Part shown: positions 45,466 to 63,654 of the stretch, piece by piece
How positions within the stretch are numbered: position 1 is the stretch's first letter
How the letters are laid out: every line of letters begins with the position of its first letter
Assembly (NCBI RefSeq): GCF_009914755.1
Contig: NC_060940.1
DNA: 64,000 bases
Strand: one strand, 5' to 3'
From: the human T2T-CHM13v2.0 reference genome, Homo sapiens
Made by a program: the position numbers and the translations under genes
Notes under the pieces: generated by a model
Told to the model about the DNA's origin: nothing
Seen by the model: the letters and a program-made list of their open reading frames with translations, nothing else
The model's database searches: none

Positions 45466-45859
45466 CTAAAGGGAAAGATTTGCATCTGAGCTCTCGTACG
45501 TTTGTTTTCACCAAAAAGTAATTGGAGGTGACAGCTGCTTATGCTTTCATTTATCTTTTGACCCGAAGCCAGAAAGGTTTTTCTTAGCAGTGGTAGGTGC
45601 AATTTGCTGCTACCTTTGGCTATATATTTTTTCAGTTGTTAATGATAAAACTACACAAGAAATTCATGAACACATTCTTTTGGTAAAAGACTTAAGTGAG
45701 ACCGATGTACATATAATGTGAGTCTTCATTCAAATCCCTTCATCTCTGAGTGCATCCCATCCCCAGAGGTAACCATTGTTAACAGGTTGACATGGATGCT
45801 TCCAGTCTCATTTCTTTTAACATGCATGCATATATCTCTATATATTTTTCTATAATCAA

Positions 45860-49021
<3,162 letters not shown>

Positions 49022-49536
49022 CTTTTGTTAGTTTTTTAAGGTGGAAGCTAACTATGCCAGACAGTTCTAAATACTTTATACTCATAATCTCACTTAATGT
49101 CTACAATAATACTTTAGAGGTAAGCATTGCATTATTACTCCCATTTCATAAATGATGAAAATTGAGGTTAAAAAAGTTGGTACAATTCAATTGTGGGGTT
49201 GGCACCTAGACTTGTCTGATTTGGAATACTATTCTAACTGCTTCAGTATTTTTTCTCTCTACTTACAAGCAGCCGTATGCCTGGGCATTTTCCAAACCTA
49301 TGTAATAAAGATTTCAACCTCTCTCTCTGTGAAAAAACAAACAAACAAACAAACAAAAAACTGTTATTCTTAGAGGACATAAATTCAATATTCACCTGCC
49401 TGAAGGAAGATGCATACTTAAAGTTTTTATGTTAGGTTCCTTCTGTATTTTTGAGGATTCTAGCACACTTGAAAGGTTTGAAATTTAATATCTCATTGTA
49501 AAGTATGTATATTTTCTATCTTGCCTCCTTTAAAGC

Positions 49537-49538
<2 letters not shown>

Positions 49539-49575
<37 letters not shown>
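49539..49575. repeat. (TG)n microsatellite, ~18 units
   Basis: Directly visible. Confidence 0.95.
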
Positions 49576-49577
<2 letters not shown>

Positions 49578-51674
49578 CGTCTTGGGCCTTCCACTGATTT
49601 GCTATCTCTTGATGGAAACTAACTCACTAGAGTTCATAATCTTTAGTTGAACTAAGCCATCAGCCTAATTTTTGAGATTACAATAGTGTGATCCCTTAGC
49701 TTTTTCCCCCTGAATTCTCCTAATCTTTCTCCCTCTTTATACATCCCAGTTGCATGGAAATCTGCTGTTAGGGAGGTATTTGATACCAATAACTTAATTC
49801 ATGGGGTATGTTTTCCTACGTGCATTGCCTGGTAGAGGGGATTAGAATAAGGCATGTCAATCTATTAAAGAGATCTCAGATCGACCAAAGTGGAAGGGAA
49901 TTTTCTAAAATTATCTGTGATCAGGGTATAAAGTTAGAGGGGTAAAGCCCACCCCACCCAATATGTCCCTTCTTTGAGAACTTCTGCCTCCATCCCACAG
50001 GGATGGGATCAGAAAGCCATGTTGGAACCATGCAATTTTGCTTCTGTGCCATGACTTATTGAACCAGGGCTGAACACTTGACCCTAAATAGCGCAGTGAT
50101 ATTAAATGGACCAGTGATATTCTTTCTCCTAGGAACTTGGAACTGGATTTAGAGTTATGATTTATTTCCTGCTGGTTATTTTGAAACAAGAATATGCAAA
50201 TTTGGGAGATATGGGGCAGCCATATTTGACTGTTTGCTCTCCAAGTTAGCAAAAGCCAATCTGGGAGACGAAATAAAGTGGACACATGGAAGAGACAAAA
50301 GGCCATCTGGCCCCAAAAAGGGAGTGACAAAGGGAGAGAAGGAGGGAGGCTGGGAAAGAGAAAAAAGGAAGGGACCGAGGGGAAGGAGTAGGGAGACAGG
50401 AAGAGAGAGAGGCATCCTGCAGGATTTCTGACCACTTTCCCACTCCTAGTTTCAGTCTCTTATTGGGAGGCGTGGCTGCACTCTCTCACCTTCAATTTCC
50501 AGCCTTTCCCCGGTAGCATTTTCATTTCTCTCTTTTGTTTTGAGACAACAAAAGAACCTTGATGGAGACATATTTGCTATTTAGCTCCTCTCCAATTGTG
50601 GAATGGCCAATACCCAGACATCAGTGAGCATGCCGGAGTCATTGTTGGATATGTGTGGATGGGGACTCCACACAGAAGCTTACCCCAGAACTGCTGCAGT
50701 CAGTGTGTGACAACGTAGATCCCTTTGTAAAAGGGGTGTGTTGGGGAGTTTCTGATCCTCCGCAGACAGATGTGGTATCTATAGACACGTCAGCATTTCA
50801 GAGAGATGGCCCAGTTGGGGGTGGGGGTGGGACAGGCCCTAGATGTATCCACTTGGTGGGAGGGAGGGGGGTATCCGGAATGGGAAAATCTCAGTGTCAA
50901 GGAGGTTCAGTGATCTTGCAACACAATCGACAAAAATGAGGACTACAAAGGTCTGAGATAAAAGGGGACAGGATGTTCTAACAGGTGGGGCTGAAACGAT
51001 GCTTAAAAGCCTACACATTAGTAAGCACAAAGACTCAACAGCACTGACCTGAATCATTGTTTCCAGAGGGGTGCATTATGACGTTTCATAGAAAGTATCT
51101 TATGTTGTCCAAAGGGAAGACCAATTTTTTAGCCCAGACCCTAAGTGAGAGGTTGCTTCTTTCTCCAAAGGGTGTTTTATCTGAACCCTGTCTACAGTAA
51201 TGATCATGTAATATTGTTTATAGCAGAAAGAATTCATCCGGTAAAGCAATGAAGTTAAAAAGTTTTTATAACAGTTCCATGAGAACATTCAGTAACACAT
51301 AAATAATAAATTGTAGCTACTACTACTGTGATTTCTCTTTCTCCTCCTTCTCCTACCCCTTCTCCTTCTCCTTTCCCTTCTCCTTCTCTTTCTCCTTCTC
51401 TATCTCTTTCTCCATCTTCTTCTATTGCTAATGCTATTAAATATGGCGCCCAGAACACAGGAGATATTTGATGCCTATTATTTTTCTTAGACAACGACAA
51501 AAGGAAACCACTGACTTTTTCTTTTCGTATTCCCCTTGTTCCAATCATTTGCAACTGACCACACAGAGATGTTGCTTTTTGTTCCTTGACCACTAGAAAT
51601 GGCATCTTTGTGGTATGCCCTGTAAAATGCCCCCTTTTGTGGTGTGTCTCCTAGCGGGATACCTGGAGAGAATC

Positions 51675-52400
51675 ATTGTCATAGAATCATAGAATCTTAG
51701 TTGAAAGGGACTTTAGAGGTTAGTTCCTTTCTAAAAGCTAGCATCTCATCTAAGCCTCTTGGAGAGGTATTCTCGTTTATTACCAGTTACTCCAAAGAAT
51801 AGAGAACTTCCTCCAGGGCTGACTATTTTATTGTTGAATGGCTTTGATTAGTTCCACTGACTTGAAACATGCTTCACTGGGAGCCTCTGGAACCACATAG
51901 ACTCAATCTCATCTCTTCCTCACAATAGAAGCCAGCTCAGGTGTGTTCTACGAGTCTACTCTGTGCAGCGTACCTGCTCTCTGCTCTTCAGTCATCTACA
52001 TCTTACATGATTTTTGGACTCTGACATTCTGCTTCTTCTTCCCTGGGCTTGTTCCAGTGTACCTGTGTCCCTTTGAAAAGATATGTTATTTAAAATTGGA
52101 CAACTGCTTTCTGAGCTGCTCAGATAGTACAGATCAAGTGTGATTCTATTCGTCCCTTATCTGGACACTGCTCTGTTTATATTAATGCAACCTAACTAAG
52201 TTTGAATTAACTTATTTGTTTCTTTGAAGTCATGTAACATGCCGGCTCAATGAAAACCTTGAAGCACTTTTCATATAAAACATTATATTTTCTCTCATTC
52301 CTGTATAGCAGATCTTTTGAACTTATGGTTATTAATCCACTGATTTCTATTATAAATGATTTCCTTCGTGTGTCATCAAAATGTGTTATTAAAAACTTTG
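51675..52400 (-). mobile_element. L3/CR1 (or MIR3-headed) ancient LINE relic
   Basis: TCATAGAATCATAGAATCTTAGTTGAAAGGGACTTTAGAGGT is the characteristic antisense 3' terminus. Confidence 0.55.
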
Positions 52401-52944
52401 CATTAGTAGATCCAATGGTTCCCTGTTGCTTATAAGATAATATTAATACTATAATGCTCATGAATTATGTAAAAATTCTCTTATGAATTGAATTCTGGCA
52501 TCATGACATAAAGTTTCCCCTCATCCTACGCTTCAACCATTCTAAACTATAAGTAGGTCACAAAGCATATTCTACGTCATGTCTTTATATCAGAACATGT
52601 GCCATCCCTTCTGCTAGGAATGTCTGCACTCCCATTGTGCACCCAGTGAACTCCTACCCATCCTTAAAAATCCAGTTCAAATGTCACCTCCTCCATAAAG
52701 CCTTCCATGATTTCACCTTCTGCACTGCTCAATAAGGCATAGAGTACGGTGGCCTTCCTTTTGCCAAATACTTGGGATCACAATTGGATTCCCATGCTGA
52801 GGAAAGCTACTTTCCTAGATTTGTATATTCCCAGAAATGATTTTCTCAACTATTACTGATAGATGGACTTATGCTGTGCCAGTAATAGTACTAAGGACTT
52901 TACATGTATTATCGCTCTTTGACATTACAATGAAGCCCATCCCC

Positions 52945-53388
52945 TGTAGTGGATGCCATTGTGCTGTGCCATGTTGCTGCATGCACAGGGCTTTTTACTG
53001 AAAGCGGCCAGCTACTCTATTTGGAGGTATTCTCTGGCATCAGAAGGACACTCAGCCAGTGTTGTGGCCAACCTGAAGTGCCATAAAGTGAACACCCCTG
53101 GACCAGTAATGAATGGCAGTTGGTGGAGAAATGCCTAAGCTCCTTGCTTCTTGGGCGGGACAGCTCTGGTGAATGTTCTACTCCATCTCCCAGAGGTCCC
53201 CAGAGGGAATGAACACCAGTTGCCCACGACAGTAATCTGCTCCCGAATGCATCTCATATTTGCTTCTCCCATCCCTTTCTTGCTGCCTCACTGTCTTACT
53301 ATCACTTGCTACTATCACCTCCCCAATAAACACTTGCACTCGAATCCTACTCTCAGCATCTATTTTGGAGGGAACTCAAAGCCAAGCA
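52945..53388 (+). mobile_element. LTR16-family (ERVL) solo LTR inserted in a MIR
   Basis: TGTAGTGGATGCC start; CACCTCCCCAATAAACACTTGCACTCGAATCCT...GGGAACTCAAA end; MIR halves on both sides. Confidence 0.75.
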
Positions 53389-54427
53389 ACTCTTTGGCAT
53401 AAGGAAACGAAGGCTCACACAGGTTAAATGACTTATTCAAGTCTATTATTCCAGTAAGTGGCAGAGCCAGGATGAAAGCTCAGCCATGTTGAAAGTTCAT
53501 TCTTATCCCTCCTGAGACCTGGGAGGAGAGGGATCTGGGTAAGTTGGTTCTCAGAAATACCTTGGAAGGAAGGTATTCATGGGCTTCAATCCTGACCAGA
53601 TCACCCCTTTCTGCCTTTATCCACTACTTGAACACGAGCCAGTGCACAAGCCTCCGAAGGGCAGTAAACAGACACTGAATAATTGAATTCTGAACAAGCC
53701 ACACTAATGCAAATATCTTACAAACTGATTTAATTGCATTCACATACAATAAAGCTGAGCGCTAAAAGGTCAGCTAGAAAATGGGAAAGGACCCCTGGGA
53801 GCTTTCAGGGGGAGGCTGAGTTTAATACACATTCATCACCTTTTATCATCTAATTAGTCCACACAATGCCAAACTGATAGACGGAGACTTAAGCCAGTGT
53901 ATCGATTGATTATTTGCTTGGCATCTATCATATCACCTTAAGGCTGTCCCTGTCATGGGCAAACAGAAGTATTTAGTGGCTCAGCAAAAACAGTTGTGCA
54001 TTTGGAGAAATTGTTTTCCTATAAGGGATTTGAGGCTCCAAAAACACTTTACCTAGATACTGAGGCTATCTCTGAGTGTTACTATTGAATAGTTTGCTAC
54101 AAAGGCAGTCACCAGAAACCAAATTTCCCTTGCTTCCTCTTGCCTGCAGAATGAATATTTATAAATCATGTAGTCTAGCAAACCCTTTTAAGCTGTAAAA
54201 TATTTAATTCAGGCAATTAACTAGTGTCATCCTTGCATGGAAATACCTGGGCAGGGAACATGCTCTGGAGGAGTTAATAGAAAGCGAACTGGACTCTGCA
54301 GTTTTATTCCATTGGAAATGAAAGTATGCATTTCAATCTAACAATTTGCATGGTAACTTTGGGCTCAGGTGAAATATTGACTCTATTTTGCGCTAAGGAT
54401 GTGGAAACTGACTTTGACCTAGGATTT

Positions 54428-54921
<494 letters not shown>

Positions 54922-56559
54922 CTAATTTTCTTATTTTATTCTTTAGAGAATTGTTTTTTTGTTATCTCTCTGAGCCTTAGTTTCCTCATGAATAAAGTTG
55001 AGATAATTTAGTGAGGTGAATTTGAAATGAGCTTAGGTATGCAAAAGCCCATCTGAACTAAATTTCTGTAGAAATATGATTTATTATTGCTATTGGGGCA
55101 TCCTAAAGCTATGATATATGGCATATCATTATACGAGAGGTTTTCCTTGAGCTGATTCTACATTCTATTTCTATATTTACCTCCGTGTTTATAGTCAAAC
55201 TTCTTTAAGAGTTTCCTGTATTCTTTAACTATACTTTGAAATGTTCTGTTCACACCTCAATCCCCTGATATCAGGTTTCCCTTTTCACTGTTATTGATAC
55301 TACTCTCATAACAGTTACCAATGATGTTCATGCCATTAAATCCAATGTCAATCTTTAAGACCTTATCTTGCACCAATTCCTGGAATCACTGGGCACCACT
55401 GACCATCTCCCGTTTGGAAACACTCTTTGCCCTTGCACTATTGCATTATTTTCCTCTTACATTTTCAGTATCTACCTCTCATTGCCTTTTATAGGAGAAT
55501 CTTTGGCTTTCCATTCCTAAGTGCAGAATTCTCAAGATTCAATTTTAGCCCACTTCTCTTTCCTGCTTGTCTCCATCCAATTTTGTCACATAAATTGAGC
55601 TAGAAACTTGTCATCAAGTGTCATCAGTGGACGGATGACTCCAAAGACTTAGGTCTTCTTTCTCCCCTTTTCTTATCTTTCAGCCCTTGACCTTTCCTAG
55701 ACCTCATCATCTCTCTTTTGCATAAATATATTAGTTTTCTTAATGGTCTTCCTGTCTGTTTCCAGGCTTGAGCAACCTCCAGTCTCATACATCCTTTCCC
55801 CAAACTGGTCTTCTATGATGTTTCTTGCTGAAGCCAATATGATCTTTCTAAAATACAAATGTAGATTCTCCAAAATCTTTTATGAACTAAAATTGTTTTT
55901 ACCCACTCTCTTTCTTGAAATTGACTGAAAGCAAAAATAAAAAAGCAATAAACACAACTCTGTATTCAATAAAGCTATAAAAGATTTGCACCTCTAACGT
56001 ATAACCCATGAAGAATATCTGCTAAAGATAGTTACACATGACCAAATAAAGACATTCCTTCTAGAGAAGATGTGTCTCTACACATCTCAGTCAGCATGCA
56101 GGGTTTTCCAAATGTAAGCACCACGTGATGTGTCTGTAAAGACTGGGAACATGAGTGGGCTGCAGAACCATCCATGAGTTCATTCAAATGCCACTCATTG
56201 GTGGGGGGTGATTTAGAAACTGTGCAGGCATATAATATTACCAAGAAGCAAGATATTGGTACAGAAGAGAGGAGAGAGGAGAGATGGACAGGGGCAGAAG
56301 AAAAATAAACACTGGACCTTAAGATAAAAGTATGGAAGAAAGAGTACTTCATTGCAAAATAGATAGGATGACCTCCCTCAACAGACATATGCAAAGCCAC
56401 CACCTAAAGAAGGATAAAAATGCTAACAGCAGGGAGAGGAGACTAAATAGCACAGTGGAGAGGAAAGTGTTCTGAGACAGAATCCCCAATTCTGAGTGGT
56501 CAGCTCTCCCTGCTCACTTGCCCAGCTTGTCATACACAGTATCTTTTAGCTTACAGCTT

Positions 56560-57250
56560 CTCTGAAGAAATGACTCCTATTCCAAGATAAATAAAATTTA
56601 GAAAATAAACTAAAAGGCAAATGTAGACTATAGCCTAGAAAGTTCATGTAGCATTTCAGGGAAAAATGATACAAACACTTCTCTACAAAATCAAAGAAAT
56701 GAAAGAGAAAATCAAGTAAGATAAAATGGCTCAAAGAAGACATTAAGAGTAGAAAAATGACTTAGTAGAACTTAAGAAATGTGGAGGAAAAAATAAAACA
56801 ACATAAAATATATGAAAGTCATGATGGAAGTATTGACAAGAGTTAGCATTGCTGAAAATATAATTAAGAATATAGAATATAGGGTTTGGAAAGTAAAAAA
56901 AATAAATAGAAAGAACAAAGAGTTAGAAAGGATTGGAGGGCAAAGGAGTGGCAATACATGTATAATTGGCAGCCCTGGAAAATCTAACAGAACAAATGGA
57001 ATGAAAAAAAAATCATAGAAAAGAACTTTCCTGAATAAAAGGGACTCTTTATTTGCAAACTGGAAGGAAACAACATGAACTAGGAAACATTGATACCAAA
57101 TAATTAACACACATTCTAGTGAAATTACTCAACATCAAGGGTGAAGGAAAAAATTCAAAGGACCTGTAAATATAAGAAAAAACCCTAGTAACTGAGAAAG
57201 GGTTCAACTATTGCTATCAGCCTTCTAGCACATGATTTGACAGGCATATT
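56560..57250 (+). mobile_element. Ancient L1/HAL1 ORF1-like relic
   Basis: A-rich; translation resembles ORF1p (coiled coil, then ..NTCIIGSPG.. and downstream ..NFP..). Confidence 0.5.
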
Positions 57251-57632
57251 TTGAAAGCATCCAAATGGAAAGATATGGAATCCAAAAACAATAGATTCAC
57301 CATGTTTGGTGACAAAACCATTCTATTCACCATACAAAGCTCAGAAAAAGGGAAGATATGTAAGAAATATGAATATACATATGAATATGTGATGTAAAAT
57401 AAACAAGAAGTAAAAGAGAGTATTATAAACCTACTGAAAGAAACAAGTCAGTTTTAGAAAGTTTCTATTTTGTTCATCCAAAATGTAAAAGTGCTTGCAT
57501 TTTATGAAACATGAAATTCAAAATAGCATAATAAGAATTTAGTGAAGAAGAATCTGGCTGTGAGAAAGTTAGAAATAAAAGATTCAGCATAAAAGTGAGA
57601 TACTACAAGATAGGGTAAATGTATTTTATTTT

Positions 57633-57813
57633 AGTTTTTTTTTTGTATTATACTTTAAGTTTTAGGGTACATGTGCACAACGTGCAGCTTAGTTACATAT
57701 GTATACATGTGCCATGTTGGTGTGCTGCACCCATCAACTCATCCTTTAACATTAGGTATATCTCCTAATGCTATCCCTCCCCGCTCCCTCCACCCCACAA
57801 CAGGCCCCGGTGT
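57633..57813 (-). mobile_element. L1PA 3'-end fragment (heavily 5'-truncated)
   Basis: ATTATACTTTAAGTTTTAGGGTACATGTGCACAACGTGCAG...CCCCACAACAGGCCCCGGTGT. Confidence 0.92.
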
Positions 57814-57829
57814 TTTTAGACTTAAAACC

Positions 57830-58173
<344 letters not shown>

Positions 58174-58326
58174 TAACTATACAGCCAAATTTTACACATA
58201 CAGTTAATTATCTCATTCTCATTAAATCAGATATGGCTGGATTCAGGAAAAGAAAACAAGCCAAAGCAGTTGAAGAGAGTAGTATTAAGAGAATGTTCAG
58301 GCTTAGGAGTTGAGCCAACTCAAAAA

Positions 58327-59765
58327 TTTTTTTCTCATGCATTTTGAAGCATAATTGACAAATAGAAATTATATATATTTAAGGTGTGCAACATGACGTT
58401 TTGATGTACATATTCATTGTGAAATGATGAACACACTCAATCTAGTTAACATATTCATCGCCTCACATAGTTGTCTTTTTTCCCCCTGTGTTGAGAACAC
58501 TTAAGATCTACTTTGTCAGCATAATTTAAGTGTGCAATACAGTATTATTAACTATGGTAACCATACTGTACATTCGATTCTCAGGACTTTTCTGCATAAT
58601 TGAAACTTTGTACTCTTTGACAAGCACTTCCCCATTTCCCCAACTCCTTAGCCCCTGGCAACCACCATTCTAATCTCTGCTTTTATGAGTTTGACTTTTT
58701 TAGATTCCACCTATAACTGAGATCACGCAGTATTTGTCTTTCTGTGAATAATATTCCACTACATATATTACATATATATACTTACTGCATTTTCTTATTC
58801 GATAATGGGCATGGAGGTTTTTTCTATATCTTGGCTATTGTGAATAATGTAGCAATGAAGATGGGAATGTAAATATCTCATTGAGATACTGACTTCATTT
58901 TTTTTTTTTTTATTATACTTTAAGTTCTGGGATACATGTGCCGGATGTGCAGGTTTGTTACATAGGTATACGCGTGCCATGGTGGTTTGCTGCACCCATC
59001 AACCTGTCATCTACATTAGGTATTTCTTCTAATTTTATCCCTCCCCTAGCCCTCCACCCCCTGACAGGCCCCAGTATGTGATGTTCCCCTCCCTGTGTCC
59101 ATGTGTTTTCATCGTTCAACTCCCGCTTGTGAGTGAGAACTTGTGGTGTATGGTTTTCTGTTCCTGTGTTAGTTTGCTGAGAATGATGGTTTCCAGATTC
59201 ATCCATGTCCCTGCAAAGGACATGAACTCATCCTTTTTTATGGCTGTGTAGTATTCCATGGTGTGTATATGCCACATTTTCTTTATCCAGTCTACCATTA
59301 ATGTGCATTTGGGTTGGTTCCAAGTCTTTGCTATTGTGAACGGTGCTGCAATAAACATACATGTGCATGTGTCTTTATAGTAGAATGATTTATAATCCTT
59401 TGGGTATATACCCAGTAATGGGATTGCTGGGTTAAATGGCATTTCTGGTTCTAGATCCTTGAGGAATCACCACACTGTCTTCCATAATGGCTGAACTAAT
59501 TTACACTCCCACCAACAGTGTAAAAGCGTTCCTATTTCTCCACATCCTCTCCAGCATCTGTTGTTTCCTGACTTTTTAATGATTGCCATTCTAACTGGCG
59601 TGAGATGGTATCTCATTGTGGTTTTGATTTGCATTTCTCTAATGACCAGTGTTTCCTTTGGATATATACCCAGACGTGGGATTGCATGATCATATGGTAG
59701 TTCTATTTTTAATTTTTTGAGGGACCTCCATATTGTTTTCCATAATGGCTGTACCAATTTACATT
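58327..59765 (-). mobile_element. L1MA-type 3' region with a nested younger L1PA (58898-59651)
   Basis: ORFs 59116-59442 and 59467-59757 give L1 ORF2 C-terminal peptides ([26 protein letters not shown]); the host L1MA resumes at TTTCCTTTGGATATATACCCAG. Confidence 0.9.
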
Positions 59766-61955
59766 TTGATAGGATATATTTTTAAATAGTATATTAGAAA
59801 CAGTAAAGTATAGAACTGACAGAGAGGGAAATTTAATTGAAAATAAAAAGAATACATTTTAGAAGCTTTCTAGTTCTTAGAAAAAAATGATAAGGATTAA
59901 GAACTGAAAACAAGATAAAATAGTAAGAATATTAAATGAAAGTTGATAACTACAGTGGACAAATAACTTACTTTCAGCTGTTGAATAATTTTCAATTATC
60001 AAAGAAAAGACACAAACAAAAGAGGTAAATAAATACTCAAAAAATATAGAAGATTGCATAGAGCACAGTCAGGATGTAAGATTGAAAAAGACTTGTCAGA
60101 GATGGGGACACTATAACCCTCATGCATTGCTTGTGAATACTGTACTGGCACAGCCATTGAGAACACACCAGTGATACATCGTCATTAAATATACAGGTCT
60201 CATATGACCAAAAATTCTCACTTACGGATGTTTTTGCAGAGAAGTTATCACTCACACAGGTTTTTAAGGTGACAACTCTGAGAACGTTCATCAAAGTGTT
60301 GTTTGTGGTAGTGGAGATTTAAAGGCTATGATTAAATGAATCTAGGTTCAATCAACGAGACATGGATAAGCAAAAGGCATGGTATGCACACCGTGTAATG
60401 ATGTTCAGGTCAGAAGCAACAGATGAAATGCACCCAGAGCAATGTGTAGTTGAGTGTAAAAATGTAAGAATCAAATGAGGTCCACAGCGTGATGCTATTT
60501 ATGTGAATTAAAAATATGTATGCATAAAACAACACTACTAGTTTTACAAGGACATAGAAAATAGAAGACCGCACATCTAACACATTCAAATCGTTGCCAA
60601 AGGGAGGAAGACGTAGAGAGGAACTGAAGAGTATATAGAATAAAAGGCAATAAATAAACATATAATGTAAGAACCACACAAACAATGAAGGTCTATCATG
60701 AAATGAGGAGCATTAGTAACATTCTACATAAATTCCACTAGCAAAAATAAAAGACCCATTCAGACAGCAGAAAAATTATGAAGAGCCCAACTCCTAGATA
60801 TAACCTGAAAGATAAAGAATACTTCAACTGTCAAGCAGGACGGGGAAATAAACTATCTGCAAAGTAAGAAATGAAGGCTGACCTCAGATTAAGTGCCAAA
60901 AAACAATGAAGGATTAATTTAGTTGTCTATGATAGCTTTCTTGTACAACAGGATGTTTTCAGACTTACACATTTCCTCCCTCAGATACAGAATCAACCCT
61001 TTCTCCGAAGATCAAAGATCTTTGGTTCTTTTTCGTGGGAAGAAAGACTACGATCTGGGTACCCGGGATGCCCCGTGCCCTGAGTTAGTTATTATTTCTA
61101 GGACTCTTTGGTGGACAGGGCTAGGACATATGTATTTTTTTAGATACAGTACATCATAAGTTTATATCCAATTCAAAATCAGGCTTAAGGGATTTTATTT
61201 GACCTCATCAATTTCATGTCTGTATCTCCTTCCCACCAAGCCCCAAATCTCAGTTCTTGATGACACCGATGTAATTACTCATTTGATTTATTATCTTACA
61301 ATAACAGTATCAACACTATCACCTACAATGCTGTGCTATTACTGGAAACAATTTAAGACTTTCTTTGCCTTTTCTTTTGTTCTTAGGATCTATTCCATTA
61401 GAGACGCAGAGTTAAATTACTATGTTTTAGAGCCACTTGGGCTATTTCCTTTGCTGTGAGGTTAGGTTACCTACTGAGTTCACAACTTGGTTCATCTGTT
61501 TAAATGTACTTTTGTAGTCTGGGGATTGTATTTTTCTTTATTTAATTTTGTTTTATGATTATGTAAAGTACAAACATAGCTTCAAAGACAGAGCTATAAT
61601 ACCAGGTCCATTCAAAGGAGTCTGTTTTCAACCCCCGAATCTTTCAAAATATTTCCTCTCTTTTTTAATTTAAACATTTTAAGTGTTAAGGTTTATTCTG
61701 TTTTTAACATATATGTTAATTTCATACATTTAACAAACAATAATATAATATGCTATAATGTATAACAATAAATGTATAAAACAATATATTACTGTGTGAT
61801 AACATTAACATATGCTAATTTAATATTATTCAGTATGCAACATGTAATACTATATTAACACATTATATTAATTAACACAGTTTAACATATTATAATGTAT
61901 ATGTCTTTAACACGTTAATTAGATATATTGTGTACATGTGTGCATCTCCTCTTTT

Positions 61956-63214
61956 CTTTTTTTTCCCCTGTGGTTTTCTTTTTAATTATCTTAAGTCTTA
62001 TGATCACACATAATCTTAAAATTTGTGTATATCGCCTCTACTTTAATCCTTTTGAGTTGGCAAAAGCACCATTCCCGATCACACACAGCAGTTCTACAGT
62101 TTTATGTTTCTGAATGGCTGTTTAAAGACAACCCTAAATTATAACTTAGTTTGACTTAGATTGTAAAGAATTCAAGAGTGAAGTTTAACTTGCTACTATT
62201 TTAAATGCATGTGACCTTACAGATCTATAAAATGTGAGAAGTGTTAAATAATCTTTGATATTACACATAAACCACACTAAAATGCCTTTCAATAAATAAA
62301 AGGAACTATTTTAAATACAGGGAATTCTAATTAGATTGGCACAGTTAAGCCCAAAAATATAAAGTAGACATTGCTACCTTATTTATCTTCAACAATGCCT
62401 TTAAGAGGCAAATGAACACAAAACACAGGTGAATTTTCCTTGGTTCTGAGACAGTGAAGGAATTTCCCCAGTATTTAAATATATTCACATAACCAGTTAT
62501 ATAAATCTAAATATAAAACCAATCTCCAGTAAGTTTTAAGATGGCACTCACCATCTTTGCGAAAAGTTGAACATTACTAACAAAGTCTAGTTCTATCTTT
62601 AGTAGGGGTAAACAGTGATAGCATTTACTGAATTGGAATTACTATTACAATTCAAAAACTGAACATATTCATTTAACCACAACCCAGTCTTAGTTTTAAA
62701 TCAGGACTGCCCAACAAAATATTCTGTCAGTCATTCATGATCTGAATTCTGGTGTATGAGATCTATTAAAGTATGGTACACATAAAAAAGTCACGAGACA
62801 TTTCTGTGTTGTAATAAATAAGGCAGTGGCCAATTATTACTCATTAGTAGCTTTTTTGAGATAAGCTATCAAGTCTGCTCTTTCTGCCTCCTTCTTAATG
62901 CCGGCAAAGATCATTTTTGTTCCAGGGATGTACTTCTTGGGATTCTCCAAATACTCCATCAGTGTATCCTCTCCCCAGGTGATGCCTTTGTTCTTACTGG
63001 TGTCTGTGTAAGAGAATCCAATGGCCTGACCTGTCTTCCACCCGAAGAGATTAGGCCCTGTCTTATGCTTGCCTCCCTTTTCCACGGTGTGGCACTGGGC
63101 ACACTTCTGAACAAAAATCTTCTTGCTTTTCTCAACATCACCCATATTTAGTTCTGTTTTTCGTTGCTGGCGCAACTAAGGTTCCTGCTCTGAAGCTGGA
63201 CGTCTCCAGTCTCT
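61956..63214 (-). pseudogene. CYCS: Processed pseudogene (retrocopy) of somatic cytochrome c (parent CYCS); coding-homologous part 63145-62837
   Basis: [35 protein letters not shown]...KKATNE; intronless; spliced 5'UTR (63146-63214); ~0.87 kb CYCS-like 3'UTR ending ATTAAA plus decayed poly(A); TSD TGCATCTCCTCTTTT (61941-61955) / CGTATCTCCCCTTTT (63215-63229). The symbol is the parent gene; the CYCSP number cannot be assigned from sequence alone. Confidence 0.96.
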
Positions 63215-63654
63215 CGTATCTCCCCTTTTTTTTAGAGAAATGGTGGTATGATATAGACACATTTCTCTACCTGGCTTTTTCATTTCACAGTATATCCTGG
63301 AGGAAACTGCCCATATACAATTTTGAGGAGAAAAGATTGTAACTCAAAAGTAAATTTGCTATTTAAATTTGAAAGCAATAGAAAGACAATTTCCAGATAT
63401 GCAAGGCCTTAGAAGTATCTTACTAAAAGCAAACCAACAAACAAACTCTACAAAGAATTTGTTGTTCATTGTATAGATTAATTTAAAATGAATAAATCTT
63501 AGAAAAGAAAACTTGAGGCCTAAATGACTGCCAGAAAATGATGGAATCAATTGAACATAGAGTGAAGACATAGAATTGTCATTTAGCAGGATGCAAATGT
63601 GAATAAACTTGAAAGATTCCTATGATAAAGGAGTAACATTATGAAAATACAAAC

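Noticed and set aside
59116-59757. L1 ORF2 C-terminal ORFs as an active L1
   Set aside because: Short 5'-truncated nested fragments; ORF 59467-59757 is a chance fusion across the L1MA/L1PA junction.
63146-63175. 10-aa N-terminal extension on the cytochrome c ORF
   Set aside because: Starts at a non-ATG codon within the retrocopied 5'UTR; the true homologous ATG is at 63145.
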